A DNA stretch of 64,000 bases from Camelus dromedarius (GCF_036321535.1 NC_087436.1:86616001-86680000), one strand, 5' to 3'. Counted from the stretch's first letter, positions 23,841 through 36,638 are shown. The notes: generated by a model from the sequence alone, not told the origin. Program-made: numbers and translations.

Positions 23841-25058
23841 GCTATTATTAACAGGTGGGTTCAGATTTGAAGGATAAAAAGATGAAGCCACAGGTTGTCT
23901 GACAGACTAACTGCAAGCTAACAGAAAAACAGAAATGGAGAGCCATTAACATTAGGTAAAAGAAAATCCGCTTTTCCCTACCTTCCCCAAAATAAAAATT
24001 AACACTGTGCAGAGACAGGCCAGCTGTTTCTCATGCCTGCACAGCACCAAGTCATCAATCCCACAGGAACATGTCGGCATCTTTGGTAAACCAAGTCACC
24101 TGTGCTGGCTTCATTGTCATTGGAATATTTGTTTCTGGAGCCAATCCCACCATAAGAGCACCCTGCCCCTTTCCCCACCTCACCAGACCCAAGAGACTTA
24201 GGTTCCAGCTGCCCAAAGCCTGGCCTGCATTTCCACGTCGCTTTCCAGTTTGTCTGTAATTTCCCTTTCTGGGATTCATTAACAAGTGAGGCAGGGAGGG
24301 GGGCTGGAACTGCTGGGGACATTTTCCCCCGTGGTTTGGAGGCAGAAGAAAGGGGCTAATGAGAGGCAGGAGCACGTGGTTGGCGGTGATGTAGGAAGTG
24401 CCTGGCTTCTGCAGGGGGAGGGCCTTTCAGGCTCAAGTTCACACTCAGGGTCCAAGCTGACTCCCAGACAGTGGGCTTGCCCTGCTGATAACCTCTTACT
24501 TATTAACTGATGTTTGCTTCACTTCACCCGTGAGTACACGAAGGTGCTAATGACTTTTTTCAGGTATGGTTTCTGGTAGCTTTGTGAGTCGCCATGTAAT
24601 TTGATCCCAGGGAACATGGATTTTAACTTAGAGGAGAAAAAGTAATCCAAACAAGGAAGAATGACTTTACCTAATGTTCGTAAACCAAAGAGAGATAAGA
24701 TAAGAAGCTGCAGGTGAAATATAGTGAGTGAACTATAGAAAATAATTATCCAGTCTGAACTCAGAAAATTCCCAAAAGAGTTCCTGTGCTTAGGACCAGG
24801 CTGCCAGAAAACCAGAGGAGTCAAGTTAATAGAAGTTGTATTACTGTTACTTGAGTCTTTTCCAAGTGAAGTGAAGTGATCAGGACTTAATTAGCAAGGG
24901 AGGGTCCTACTCAAGGATGGGCTCAGGGAGCTCAAATGGGACTGTTTTGGAAGATGACTGATGCATTTATTTTTGTCTTAAACATAGTAAAGATTTCTAG
25001 TGTCCTGTATTCGGAGTCATGAAATATTATCACGTATTTTAAAAACATAGCCTGTCTT

Positions 25059-25268
25059 AGGCATATGTAGAATAGATATACAAGATTATACTGTATAGCA
25101 CAGGGAAATATATACAAGATCTTGTGGTAGCTCACAGCGAAAAAAAATGTGACAATGAATATATGTATGTTCATGTATAACTGAAAAATTGTGCTCTACA
25201 CTGGAATTTGACACAACATTGTAAAATGACTATAACTCAATAAAAAAAAGTTTAAAAACAAACAAACA
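25059..25268 (+). mobile_element. Short L1 3' end with 18-bp TSD
   Basis: 'tactgtatagcacagggaaatatat...gactataactcaataaaaaaaa'. TSD AAAAACATAGC(C/T)TGTCTT at 25041-25058 and 25269-25286, preceded by a TTTT|AAAA endonuclease site. Confidence 0.9.
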
Positions 25269-25402
25269 AAAAACATAGCTTGTCTTCCTGTTTAAAAAAA
25301 AAATCAAGGCAGCCTGCAACAGTGAAAACATATCTGGGCTAGCACAATTAAAAGTATAAACAGAAAGCATTTAACAAAAGAAGCAAGAAAAATCATAGCA
25401 TA

Positions 25403-25843
25403 GGACATTATGCTAAGTGAAATAAGTCAGAGAAAGACAAATACTGAATGATCTCTTATATGTGGAATCTCTTAAAAAAAAAAATCTCATAGATACAGAG
25501 AACAGATTGGTGTTTGCCAGAGGTAGGGGGTGGAGGGTGGGCAAAATGGGTGAAGAGTGTCAAAAGGTATAAAATTCCAGTTACAAAATCATTAATTCAT
25601 AGGAATGCAATCTACAGCTTGGGGGCTACAGTTAATAATTCTGATTGTATATTTAAAAGTTGCTAAGAGAGTAGATCTTAAAAGTTCTCATCACAAGGGG
25701 AAAAATTTGATGAATGTTAACTAGATTTCTTGTGATTATTTTGCAATGTATACAACTATTGAATCATTATGTTATGCAGCTGAAACTAATATAATGTTAT
25801 ATGTCAATTATACCTCAATTAAATCCATCAAAAGGAAAAAAAA
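25403..25843 (+). mobile_element. Older L1 (L1MA-type) 3' end
   Basis: 'ggacattatgctaagtgaaataagtcagagaaagacaaatact...aaagttgctaagagagtagatcttaaaagttctcatcac...tatacctcaattaaa'. Confidence 0.85.
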
Positions 25844-26809
25844 CCATATCTGGGCCAGAACAACTAAAAATATAAACTGAAAACATCTAATAAAAGGAGC
25901 AAGAAGAAAACATAGCTGCTCCCAGAATCTCTCAGCTGCTGTAACACATGGTGGATTCTGTGTCTGTGAGTGCTGTTTGCAGTGTTGAGGACTTAGTGGT
26001 GAACAAGACATGCTGGACTTTCACTCTTATGGAAAATATACCCCTTTGGGGAGGAGATAGAGATTTAGAAAGAAAGCAAGTAAACAAAATCATTTCCAAA
26101 GATGTTAACTGCTGGGAAGGGAAAGTGGGGGCTGGTGGGAGAGGCGGTCCCTCCCCACTTTAGACTGACAGTCAGGGGGCCTCTGGGAGGAGGTGACTTT
26201 GAGCCTCTTGTTAACATTATCCCTTCTGCTCCCCTCACCCTCTCTTGTGTTGGCATCAGATTTCTCAATGCCCACTTGTATTCTGCACCCACAGGCATGG
26301 CGTAGCCCTGATGAAGCCTAGAAGTGGTGGCAGACAGGTAGTCAGGTGTCCTGGGTTTTCTCCCCAGGACAACCCCCAGGGCTTGTCCTCCTCTTTGGTC
26401 TCACTTCTGCTCTGTTCTTCCCCATCAAGGTCACTTGGGACAAAGTCTGCACCAATCCCAATTATCCTGGTACCTGCCATGCGCTTGTATTCTTAGGGCT
26501 TTTGAATGTGGTGTTCACACGCAGTCTGCCAGGACAATGTCACTCATTTTCCCAGACTCAGCTCAGATTTCACCTCTTCTGGGAAGCCTTCTCTGATTAC
26601 CCCCACAGTGAATGGCCTCTTTCTCTGAGCTCTCCCAACCTTTGGGTGTACCTCCATCTCTCTCTGATGACATGGTCTGGTGGCTGTCTGTTTTCATATT
26701 AGTCTCCTTGCATGCATACACTGTAGAGTAGTTTTCTTTGCAGCCATAGTGTCTAACATTATGCCTGATATATAGTAATTACGTTGATTACTGCTTATTG
26801 AGTTGTTCC

Positions 26810-27010
26810 TATATTCCAGGTACTATTAGGGATTTTGCATGATCTTTCAAGTCTCACTGTAAACATTGTGCCTATTTTACATTCTGGGCAGTGAGGCTCA
26901 GAGGAACTAAGGAACTTGTCTAAAGTGGCAGAGCTGGTGGTGGCAGACCTAGGATTCATATCCAGATGTTTTAAACTTGGAAGGCTGAGCTTTTACCACA
27001 TCACTGTGCC
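26810..27010 (-). mobile_element. MIR SINE
   Basis: 'cctattttac...tgaggctcagaggaactaaggaacttgtctaaagt...ggattcatatccagatg'. Confidence 0.65.
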
Positions 27011-27339
27011 CTCTTTCCCAGGAGTTCCTCCACAAATGTTCATTGAATGAAAACAAGTATTTCAAAATCACTCATCCTGCTTGTAACAGCATAATCCATC
27101 AAAAGAAGGCATTTGATAATGCTTTATTCATCTTTACATACATCATTGTTTTAAAACTCAGATCAAATAAAATCATTAAAGTTATCAGGGGAGTATGCGA
27201 AAAAGATAGAAGAATTAAAAAAGGCATTTCCCCCCTTTCCCTTTTCTCATCTCCAGTGGGAGTGTGGGGAAATGGAAAGGAAAATGATGAGCTTGCCAAG
27301 GGCAAAAGAGCCCCAGTATCACAACCAACTGCAGTTACA

Positions 27340-28120
27340 CCCCTCTTTGGAGCTTACATTCTATAGAGAAAAAATAAGCAGTGAGGAAGAGGGAGGGAGG
27401 GTTAGGATGTGCTAGGAAAATTGCTGTTTTAAGAGGGTGGTCAGGAAAGGTGGACTTTAACCACAGACCTGATGGAGATGAGGGAACAGACCAGGTGAAA
27501 ATCTGGAGAAAGTGGTCCAGACAGAGGGCAACAGCAAAATACAAGGCCCCCAAAGCAGGAGGCTGCTGGGCAGGTGTGAGGACCAGCAGGCTGGATGGGC
27601 AAGGGATGGAGATGAGGGCAGAGGTGACAGGGGACAGAGAACACAGGGCCTGGTGGGCCGTCGTGAGGACTTTGTGTTTCAGTGACATGGAGACATGGAG
27701 AGCCAAGTTAAAAGGGTCACACGCTGCTCTGCTGAGAACAGCTGGGGGAGGGAAGTGAGTATAGAAGCAGGGAAACCTCTCAGGAGGCTGTTGCAATATT
27801 CCAGGTTTTGATGACAGTGGCTTGGACCAGGGTGGTGGAGGTGGAAGTGATGAGAAGTAGTTGGATTTTGAGTAGATCCTGCTTGATTGTGTTTGGAGCA
27901 TCGAGAGAAAGAAAGGAGTCAGGGATGGCTCTGAGGTTTTTGGTCTGAACAACAGGCAGGATGTAAGGTGCTATTTAATAAAATGAGGAAGAGGCAGGAA
28001 GAGCTGGTATGGCAGGGAAGGTTGGGGTGTTGGGTTGTAGGTGAAGACATGGAATAAGCAGCTTGACTCAGGAGTCTGGAGCCTGGAGAGGCTCGGGGCT
28101 GGAGGCCAGGTGGTACAAGG
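27340..28120 (-). mobile_element. L2 LINE fragment
   Basis: Purine-rich L2 antisense motifs 'ccagacagagggcaacagcaaaatacaaggcccc', 'ggaggctgttgcaatattccagg...gatgacagtggcttggaccagggtggtgg' and 'ggagtcagggatggctctgaggtttttggtctgaacaac'. Confidence 0.8.
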
Positions 28121-29239
28121 GGAGAGAGCATGGAGGCCCACAGCCAGGATCCAGCTCCCCTCTGTGAACTTGGACAAGACTTTCTTCCCTTCCCACTTCC
28201 ATACCCTTGTCTGCAAAGTGGAGTTGGTTTAATTGACATGACAATTGGGACAGTTGGGAAGGTCAAGAAGACCAGGGATGTAAATGGTAACACACAATAC
28301 GTGTTAGACCAAGAGATGTCAGCCAGCCTCTTCCCAGCCCTCTTCTGGATTGCCAGACCGTGTGGTGAGAATGTGATCCATACGGCTCAGGGATGGCTGG
28401 GATGTCAGCCTGGGGAGTTGGGACTTGAGCAGTGGGAAATATTTCCATGGGAAAGTTTTGAGCGAAAAGATATTGTGTTGGTGTGCTTAGGATGGATTGG
28501 ATGGCGGGGGGGGGGGGGGCAGGGGAGAGGTGGGGAGCAGGGAGATGGGCTGGGGGTTGTTGCAAAGCCCTGGAGGCATGATGTTGGGAGGGCCAGAGTG
28601 GGGGCCCTGGAGATGGAGTTAGAAGCCAGGCACGCATGACTGAGGCCCACCTTCAGCCTCCAGAGTCACCTGCACCTGGACAAAGACTTTCTCTAAGCCA
28701 GAGCACTCTGGGTCCTGAGGCTCCCAATGGCCCATCTCCCAGGTCTCCTCTGTGACAGCGGCCATCTCCTCTGCAGCAGGCTCCCAGCCTGGCTCCACTT
28801 TGAACACAGCTTCAGAGTCGCTCATCCGGTTCAGCCTAAGATCCAGCTGTTAGCAGGGAAACTTGCTTCCCTCCCTAGCCCTTAATCTCGATTCTCTTGG
28901 TCTGAAAGAGTGAATGTACCCATGAGGGTTGAATGTCTCGTTTCCCTATTATATAATAACTTTGGGCAAGTGATCAGCTCTCCCAGGAGTGAGAGACAGT
29001 CGGAAATGCTGTCTCCTCCTTCCACTGGAATTAAAAATGGAGCTGGGGCAAATACTGAAAGGGAAGCCCCCCTTGGGGCCATCTACCCTGTGCCTGCACA
29101 CACACCCTACACGAGTGGGAAGAGGGGAGATCGGGCGGAGACTGAGAGGAGGGTAGGGTTGCTCCCTGGAGGAATGAAAAGAGAAATGGGTCTGCCCTAC
29201 CCACACTGGCAGGTTTCTTTTTATTCCCAGAGGTTGATA

Positions 29240-29400
29240 TTTGTCATCCCTTGAGACAGATCTGGCCTACAGATGTGTTTTGTTTGCCCACACAATAGTC
29301 TTAAAAATCTTGAATTTATGGCCAACTTTTAAAAATCAAGAGATTTCACATTCAAAACTGGATTTCGCCTTCCAAATTGATTGCTCTGGCAACACTGGGC
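29240..29400 (-). mobile_element. MER102-like hAT-Charlie fragment
   Basis: 'gatctggcctacagatgtgttttgtttgcccacac...gagatttcacattcaaaactggatttc...tctggcaacactggg' resembles the reverse complement of the recalled MER102 consensus. Confidence 0.6.
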
Positions 29401-29404
29401 TACT

Positions 29405-31850
29405 CTTATTTTTTTCTTCCAGTTTTATTGAGGTACAGTTGACATATAGCACTGTATAGGTTTAAGGCATACAGTGTAATGATTTGATATACAGACGTCA
29501 TGAAATAATCACCACAGTAAATTTAGTGCACATCCATCATCTGATATAAATATAAAATTAAAGAAAAAATATTCTTGTGATGAGAATTCTTAGGATTTAC
29601 TGTAAGAATTTTTATATATAACACAGGGAAGTGTTAATTATATTTATAATTTTCTACATTACATTCCTAGTTCTTAGTTATAACAGAAAGTTTATACCTT
29701 TTTGACTGCCTTCATCCAATTCTCCTTCCTCCAAACCCCTGCCTCTGGCAACTACAAACCTCTTCTTTTTTTTCCCCTTAATTGAGATATAATTGACACA
29801 TAACATTCTATTGGTTTCATGTGTCTAATTTGATTTGATATTTCTATGTGCTGCAGAATGATCACCGCAATAAGTCTAGTTAACATGTTATCATATGTAA
29901 TTATAAAATTTTGCGTATGACAAGACTTAAGATTTAGCAACTTTCAAATATTCAATCAGTATTATTAACTATAGTTACCATGCTGTGCATTACATCCTCC
30001 CGACATATTTGTAGCTTTCGACCTTTTACCCACTTCCCTCACCCCCCTGCCTATGGCAACCACCAATCTGTATGAGCGAGGATGGTTTTTTGTTTTGTTT
30101 TTTTTAACATTCCACATATAAGTGAGAGCATACAGTGTTTGTCTTTCTGTCTGATCAACTTCATTTAGCCAAATGCCCTTAAAGTTCATCTATGTTGTTG
30201 CAAGTGGCAAGATTTTGTTCTTTTTTATGGCTGAATAATATTCCATTGTATATACACACCACATTTTCTTTATTCATCCATCAGTGGACACAGGTTGTTT
30301 CCACACCTTGACTATTGTCAGTAATGCTCCAGTGAACATGGGGGTGCATATGTGTTTTCCAATTAGTGTTTTCTGTTTCTTCAGATAAATACCCAGAAGT
30401 GGAAATGCTGGATCATTGTGGTAGTTCTATTTTTATTTTTTTGAGGAGCCTTCATACTGTTTTCCATAATTGCTGCACCCATATACATTCCCACCCACAG
30501 TGTACAAGGGTGTCTTTTTTTCCAAATCCTAGCCAATACTTACCTACAACTTGCCTTTTGAGAATAGCCATTCTAACAGGTGTGAGGTGATAGCTCATTA
30601 TGGTTTTGATTGGTATTTCCCTAATGATCAATGATGCCAAGCATCTTTTTATGTACCTGTTGATTATCTATATGTCATCTTTGGAAAATTTCTATTCAGA
30701 TTTTCTGCCCGTTTTTAATCAGATTGGGTTTTTTGCTATTGAGTTGTATGAATTCTTTATATATTTTGGATATTAACCCCTTATCAGATACATGATTTGC
30801 AAATATTTTCTCCCATTCAGTAGGTTGCCTTTTCATTTTGTTGATGGTTTCCCTGTGCTGTGCAGAGACTTTTTAGTTTGACCTGGTCCCATTTGTTTAC
30901 TTTTGCTTTTTTTTTGGGTTTTTGGTGTCAGATTCAAATAGTCATCTCCAAGACCAATGCCAAGGAGCTCACCTTCTGTTTTCTTTTAGGAGTTTTTTGG
31001 TTTCAGAATGTACATTTAAGCCTTTAATCCATTTGAGTTAACTTTTGTGTATGGTATAAGATAGTGGTCCAGTTTCGTTCTTTTGCATGTGACTATCCAG
31101 TTTTCCCAACACCATTTATTGAAGACTGTCCTTTCCCCATTGTATATTCTTGGCTCCTTTGTCATAAATTGACCATATATATATGTGGGGGTTTATTTCT
31201 GGATTCTCTATTCTGTTCCATCTACCTATATCCAGTTTTCTCTTTCCAATACCACACTATTTTGACTACTATATAGATTGAAATCAAGGAGCATCATGCC
31301 TCCAGCTTTTATTTTTCTTAAGATTGCTTTGTTTATTTGAGGTCTTTTGTGGTTCCATACAAATCGTAGGATTGTTCTATTTCTGTGGAAGTTGCCACTG
31401 GAATTTTGATAGGACTTGTATTAAATTTGTAGATTGCTTTGGGTAGTATGGACATTCTAACAATACTAATTTTTCCAATCCATGAACACACAATATTTTT
31501 CCATTTATTTGTGTCATCTTCAATTTCTTTCATCAGTGTCTTACAGTTTTCAGTGTTCAGATCTTTCACTTCCTTGGTTAAATTTATTCCTAGGTATTTT
31601 ATTCTTTTTCATGCAATTGTAAATGGGATTATTTTCTTAATGTCTCTCTCTGATAGTTTCTTATTAGTGTATAGAAATGCAACAAATATTTGTGTATTGA
31701 CTTTGTATCCTGCAACTTTACTGAATTTGTTTATTAGTTTTAACAGGTTTTTTTGGTAGAGTATTTGGGGGCTTCTATACATACTAGGATGACATTGCAA
31801 ACAGTGACAGTTTTACTTTTCCTTTCCAATTTGGATAACTTACTTCTTGA
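29405..31850 (-). mobile_element. Two abutting L1 (L1MA-type) pieces: a short 3' end (about 29405-29760) and a longer ORF2 C-terminal plus 3'UTR fragment (about 29765-31850)
   Basis: Two separate T-rich tails, each followed by 'ttgag..ttgaca' 3'UTR sequence. ORF2 peptides [54 protein letters not shown] and LLKLINKFSKVAGYKVN. Confidence 0.9.
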
Positions 31851-32084
31851 CTAATGCTCTTGAGCTTGTTGTCTTGAGTGAGACAATAATTAACAAAGGT
31901 CTGTAGGGGTTGTTGCACCCATGAAATAGAACTGCTCACCACAGTCTCCCACCCAGCCTGACTAGCGTATGAATTTGCAAGTACTGATTCAAAGTAGGAT
32001 CAGACTGAGCAATTGATGAATTCAACATGAGAGCAGACTCGAGGTTTACTTAATTCAGAAGTGAATTCATAAAGAAGACGTTTC

Positions 32085-32250
32085 TACTGTACAGCACAAG
32101 GGGACTCTATTTAATATCTTGTAGTAACCTATAATAAAAAAGAATGTGAAAACAAATACATGTACGTATATGTATGACTGAAACATTATGCTGTACACTA
32201 GAAATTGACACAATACTGCAAACTGACTATACTCTCAATAAAAAAAGAAA
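32085..32250 (+). mobile_element. Short L1 3' end
   Basis: 'tactgtacagcacaaggggactctatttaatatcttgtagtaacctataa...gactatactctcaataaaaaaa'. Confidence 0.85.
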
Positions 32251-33880
32251 TTTTAAAAAGTGAATCGAGAAAGAAAAAACGTGAAGGAAGTTAGAAGGAT
32301 CAAAGGAGACTGTGTCCTTACCCAGATTGCTATAATGAGGGCACTGAGGTTCAGTTCCTTGTGGACAACTTTTATCCTTCCATCATAAGTGGATAAGTTC
32401 ACTGTCAGAAAGGAGCCCTTGCCTGCAAACCAGCTTGTGCCACCAGGTTGGCTGAACTTGGCAGAGAACACCCCGTCAGAGCCTCCTCTGTAAAGCCTTC
32501 CTGGGGTCCATCCTGCTTCGGGTCAACCCTCATGGCCTCGGGAGTTTTTGCAAGAAGGAGGTTCATTTTTTTCTTACTTACCCCCTCCCTTGCATAAAAA
32601 AAATTCCATGCCATACCCAGTGTCACCATTCTTAGGTTAAGGCAGATATGCATCTGCTCACTTTGATACAAGAGCTCAGCATCTCAACTCTGTTATTAAC
32701 TAAAAGGATTTGCAGAGTTGCTTGGAACGGATGGCATATCCAAAGCACGTGGCTTCATTGAAAAATGGTTTTCCACATGTCTCCTTGTGTTCATCCTTCA
32801 AGTTCATGGCCATCCCCCATCACCACCTGAGAGTACTTAGTGCTCAGGGTAACTAAAAGGGAGAATAAATCTGCTTGCTTTGAACACAGCCCAGGGTTTA
32901 GCGTATGTTCCTGTGCTGGCCAAGGCTAGTCAGCTCTCTCCCCCTCCGCCGCTCTTTTGTGCTTGTAAATCAAGAGGTCCCGGTATTAGTCAACACAAAA
33001 GAGATAATTAGTAAGTACAAGCTGCTACCTTCATAGATCACCCTGTGCCTCAGTGTCAGGCTAAGCCAGGAGGCTGAAACAAGCAACATTGCACAAGTAT
33101 GAGTCGCTTCAGCAGAACATTTCTTACGCAGGCTTATGAGTCTGAACATTTAAATCTAGATTCCGTACCGTCCCCAGCTATTGTAAGGATATCTGTTATT
33201 TGAGGCCAAAAGAGGAGGCTACTTAGCCATTTTATGAGGTTTTCCTTTCCTGGACTGAGATGGATCTTTGGAACCCCAAGGTTTCTTAATGGAGTAGTCT
33301 TGGGATTCAGATGTAGTTAAATACCTTAACCCTCCTCATGGACGTGGTTGCAGAATAAGATTCCCCTTTTTCCCACTGGGATATGCTGTGTACCCTCAGG
33401 AAGCCATGGCTTGTGCCTTTATCAGCCATTTGTCCAATTGGAAAACTCATTTCCTGCTTTGGCAGAGCACATGGGCAAGGGCATTGCTGCCCCAAGAAAA
33501 GAAAGACTGTGTCTAGTCCAACTAAATCGTCTAGGAACTTCCTTCCCGTGGACTGCTAACCAGATACCGCTGGCTTACAGAGAAGTGTTCCACTCGTGTA
33601 TTTATGACTTTGGAGCCGTTCAAATGCATGCTGGCTTGTATTTTTTCCATCACACAATGTTTCTTCCAATTTTTGAGTTTCTCATATCAACTGCTTTGCT
33701 ATTTTTAAGCAGAACAATTTGAAGCCAATGTAGCTAATCAGAACAGTAAAACCTCACCAACTCAAGCAGGGAGCTTGCACTCTTTCAGTGAAGGAAAGAC
33801 AGGCACTAAAAGCTGTTTCATCTTCTATAAGATAAGGATGTAGGATTATATAATCAGAGTCCTTTTCTACTATATTAAAA

Positions 33881-34575
33881 CCACATTTCATCAAATCTAA
33901 GATGCCATTGATTGCATCAAGTTTCATGTACCGACAAGAAAAGAAAATTTTTAAAACTGCCACTGGTTAAATCATCCCCAAACTCCTTCAAAGCTATCCC
34001 CGCGATGCATGGATTGGCCACGTCAGCTTTGAAATCCATTCAGACAAATTTGGTGACCTCTCCTGCCCTCTAGTTGTGTTGTTTGGCATGAAACAAACCA
34101 ATTCTTTTGGATGATCTCAGTAACAAAATGTGACACCATTTTTCATCTCCTTGGGGGTGTCTTTCTTTCTAAGCAAATAAAGCATTTGCTTGGCTCCCTG
34201 CAAGAATATAGGAAATTGCTGGCCTCCTTCTAATGATGAAAATTTGCTTCATTGCTATCAAATGTACCTGCCACTGCTGTTTTTGAGACTTTCTATATAT
34301 GCAGTAACTTTTCATTTCATTGCTGAGTTGTCATGTAATATTTTCTAAGACATTTAACGGCAAACTCAGTGGCATAGTACCAAGAGTGGACACAACTCAG
34401 TGGAAGTGGCGTGATGGACACTTGTGACTGTGTTTGCCATACTCAACAGCATCTGTGTCATGACTGCAGCTTGGCAGCTGAACTCTAGGACCCCCCCCCC
34501 ACCAATCACCTATGCATCCTAATCTCAGCCATGTTAACGTGTGAAAAAACAGGCATCTTAGAATTATGGACGTAG
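33881..34575 (-). mobile_element. Kanga/MER104-family TcMar-Tc2 DNA transposon deletion derivative with decayed transposase N-terminus
   Basis: TIR-like ends 'ccacatttcatcaaatctaagatgcc' and 'ggcatcttagaattatggacg'. The minus strand from the ATG at 34353 reads MS*KILHDNSAMK*KVTAYIE..., resembling a pogo/Tc2 DNA-binding N-terminus with stops and frameshifts. Confidence 0.7.
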
Positions 34576-35877
34576 CTACAGTCTGTTGAGAACTTACTAT
34601 ATATCTTGCAGGGTACTAAACCCTTGGCAAGATTTAATGTCAACCGGACCTCACAGAAACCCAAGATGTATGTGCAGATAAGAAAATTTAACCAGGTTAA
34701 CAAAATGGTTCCAGATCACACAGCTAGGTAAATTTCAGAGCAAGGATCTTGTCCAGACAATAGGCCCTCTGCCCACCAGCTCTGTGGTCCTGTAGGCTGT
34801 ATATCATGCCATGTGCACTTCCACTGCCGATGGCTGTTGGATTCTATCTGTAAGCATCACTCCATATTGGCTCTCAAAGGGTTATTTAAAATAGCTCAAA
34901 CATATGAGGTTTTCTGTAATAAATTTATATCAAGGGTATGCTAATTTATAATTATTTTTATCTAAATGGCCACTTCTTAAAGGGCCTCACCCATAGGATT
35001 TCTGCCTTCACAATTGGGAAGCTGGGGTCCCTCTCTGTGGCTACTTCCTCACCACAGTGCAATGAGGGTAAATCAGCTGCATTTTCTGATCAAGACCTGA
35101 GCTGAGACTACTTGCCCAGTGGCAATGGAAGTGCACTCTCAGCAAAACATGGGCCTAGATCAAACCTTGGCCTCCTGGCCCTGAGGTCTGCTCTTTAACA
35201 TGGATGGTGAATGGATAGAGACAATTTTTTTTTAAAAAAGACCATGATTGTGGTTTTACTCTCCCAATATTAGAAGACATGAATATTTTTAGTGCCCCCA
35301 GCCCTGGTCCCGGACACTCAGAGACCAGCCCGGAGGTAGAGAACAGAAGGCAGCAGGCCTGCCTCTGGAGAGTAGTGACACTGAGCAAACTCCTGTGGTT
35401 TGTAGTGAGGGCGATTCTGTTTCCATGGACAGTTAAATATGGAATCTGGGAGGAGCTCTGTGTTTATGTTCAGTGGTTTGGGAACTAAACCCAAAAGAAG
35501 GGACTTAGTGTGACTAAGGGCTATTGTGGTCAAAACAAACAACAGCAAGAAGGAATTGCCACATCCAAATAGTTGAAGACTGCCAGTCTCAAGCCCCTGC
35601 CCTGTAGACCCCCGTGACCACTCTCATAATTTGCATTCCAGGGGCCAGGGTAGAGTGTGCTTTAAGAGAAGGCAATAGGCATCTTTTAACAATCGTGTTC
35701 TCAAATCATTCATTCATTTGGTCGGCAAGTGTATCCTTAGTTACATCCATGTGAAACGAGGGGCTACAGGAGCCAGCAAATCAGTTTCCAAGGGTTGCGA
35801 GCACGTGTCCTTGGAGAGCACAGCCAACCCTGCTCAGAGCCCAGGCCTTCTCTGACCTCCCGCTGGTTTTGTTCCAG

Positions 35878-36119
35878 CTGTAAAGGTGCCTCCCACTACG
35901 GCCTGACCAAAGACAGGAAGAGGCGCTCCCAGGATGGCTGTCCAGACGGCTGTGCCAGCCTCACGGCAGCAGCTCTCTCCCCGGAGGTTTCTGCGGCTGC
36001 CACCGTCTCCTTAATGATGGACGAGCCCGGCCTGGACAACCCTGCCTACGTGTTCACAGCGGAGGACGGGCAGCCAGCAAGCAGCCCACTGGACTCTGGC
36101 CGGAGCAACCGAGTGAGGG
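35878..36119 (+). CDS. LNX1: LNX1 internal coding exon (242 nt) containing the Numb-PTB-binding LDNPAY motif
   Basis: Acceptor ttttgttccag|C and donor AGG G|gtgagt. Translates [28 protein letters not shown]...[11 protein letters not shown]...DSGRSNRVR, matching recalled LNX1 sequence after the RING region. LDNPAY is at 36032-36049. Confidence 0.97.
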
Positions 36120-36638
36120 GTGAGTCAAGGGAGTGCTTGTCCGGGAATGGGCTCCTTTTGTCTTGGGATTGCCCTCTGTAGAACAGTCACAGTGGAAAGT
36201 TCTAGAAATGTTTTTTTAAGGGGAAATCGTTCTGGTAGTTTTGGCAGCAACCCAGCATCCAATTCTCCAAAGTGAAATGAAACCACGAGGACCTCGGGTG
36301 ATTAAAAATGTGTGTAATCTGACTTGGTGAAAGGGGTGGGAGTTAGAGCCAATGACTCATCCCTCCCGTGGTGGCCGTACCTTCCCATCTATGTGGCTCG
36401 GAGAAGTGCTGCTACATTCCATCCAGCCCAGGAAGCAAAGAAAAGCAGATTTTAAACTGAGGCCTCCATATTTCGTTGTAGAAAACTGAGAAAATACAGA
36501 TTAGCAAATTCTATCACCCCACCGCCCAGAGGTAACCCCTGTTCCCGTTATTACCGTGCGTGTCTTACCAGCCGTGGACATGAGAGAGGACTTTCGTGGA
36601 TGTGTAGCCACCCTTCCTCTCTTCTCTCTTGTCCTCAG

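Noticed and set aside
27335..28650. 205-aa, 169-aa and neighbouring ORFs
   Set aside because: They lie over an L2 fragment and G-rich low-complexity sequence.
1..35877. LNX1 RING exon or p70 alternative first coding exon (MKALLLLVLPWLSPANY...)
   Set aside because: I looked by eye and in the ORF track and did not find them. They probably lie upstream of the window. A translated search would be decisive.
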